From NCBI GenBank assembly GCA_903866625.1, contig CAIPOI010000006.1, forward strand, positions 43,624 through 107,623: DNA of 64,000 bases. The letters run 5' to 3'. Position numbers and translations under genes: made by a program. Below, one piece after another: positions 63,545-64,000 of the stretch. Every line of letters starts with the position of its first letter. The first letter of the stretch is position 1. The DNA is from an uncultured archaeon (lineage in GTDB: Archaea > Nanobdellota > Nanobdellia > Pacearchaeales > GW2011-AR1). The notes beneath the pieces are model-generated. The model ran no database searches. It was not told the DNA's origin and saw only the letters and a program-made list of their open reading frames with translations.

Positions 63545-64000
63545 ATGGCAAGAAAAGATATGGCAAGTTTATATGCAAAGAGATTTTGTGAAGAGTTTCC
63601 TAATCCACGAATAGTAGAACCTAAAACAGATACTTTTGGACAAACTGTAAACTACTTGCTTGGACCTTCTCAAATTTGGCCTGCACAGTTAGATTCACTA
63701 ACTTTTAGAGTTTCTGAAAATCATGGAGAAAGAGAGATGGATTATGAAACTCAAAAATTAGTTTTAATGCTGGAAAGTCCTGAACTTACTAAGAGAAGTT
63801 ATGTTTCAAAAGAAGAATATCAAGTTACTATAGACTTCTGTTTTAGAGCAGTTCTTTCTGGAATGAAGAATGCAAAGCTAAGAATGGTTGTAGATAGTAA
63901 AAAGAGAGAGATTATTAGAAATGCTAATCCTGTAAGAAGACTTTTTTTAAGAGAAAAAACAGCAAGACAACAAGCACTTCAAGATCCATTAGTACAAAGA
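63545..64000 (+). CDS. Hypothetical protein, 5' part (runs off the window end)
   Basis: ATG 63545, MARKDMASLYAKRFCEEFP..., open to base 64000; CTTATAAA upstream. Confidence 0.65.
   Translation, partial: MARKDMASLYAKRFCEEFPNPRIVEPKTDTFGQTVNYLLGPSQIWPAQLDSLTFRVSENHGEREMDYETQKLVLMLESPELTKRSYVSKEEYQVTIDFCFRAVLSGMKNAKLRMVVDSKKREIIRNANPVRRLFLREKTARQQALQDPLVQR

Overview
AT-rich archaeal chromosome segment, most consistent with a DPANN (Pacearchaeota/Woesearchaeota-like) genome. Support: archaeal r-proteins S4e/L32e/L19e/L21e/L18e, RNA polymerase subunits D/F/N, AglB, prefoldin, BRE/TATA promoters about 22-26 nt before start codons, and an AMP phosphorylase plus ribose-1,5-bisphosphate isomerase. 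Core content: a rearranged S10/spc ribosomal superoperon with secY (S3-L29 moved behind S5, an orphan between S19 and L22); a ~16.5 kb N-glycosylation/glycan-tailoring locus; secDF; three minus-strand tRNAs (Gly-TCC with a BHB intron, Arg-CCT, Leu-CAA) around an HNH gene; leuA; 5S rRNA; the L21e-rpoF-S13-S4-S11-rpoD-tRNA-L18e-L13-S9 cluster; and accessory genes. Signals missed or misread by the ORF track: (1) a Leu-rich 19-aa leader peptide with mutually exclusive RNA stems, one of which hides the leuA Shine-Dalgarno site, i.e. a candidate ribosome-mediated attenuator in an archaeon; (2) two identical 90-bp repeats derived from the tRNA-Leu 3' end, each folding into a four-way junction; (3) a tRNA-Leu with an A34 (AAG) anticodon, very rare in Archaea; (4) a ~125-nt structured RNA upstream of rpl3. 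All calls are by-eye motif recognition; no database searches were run.
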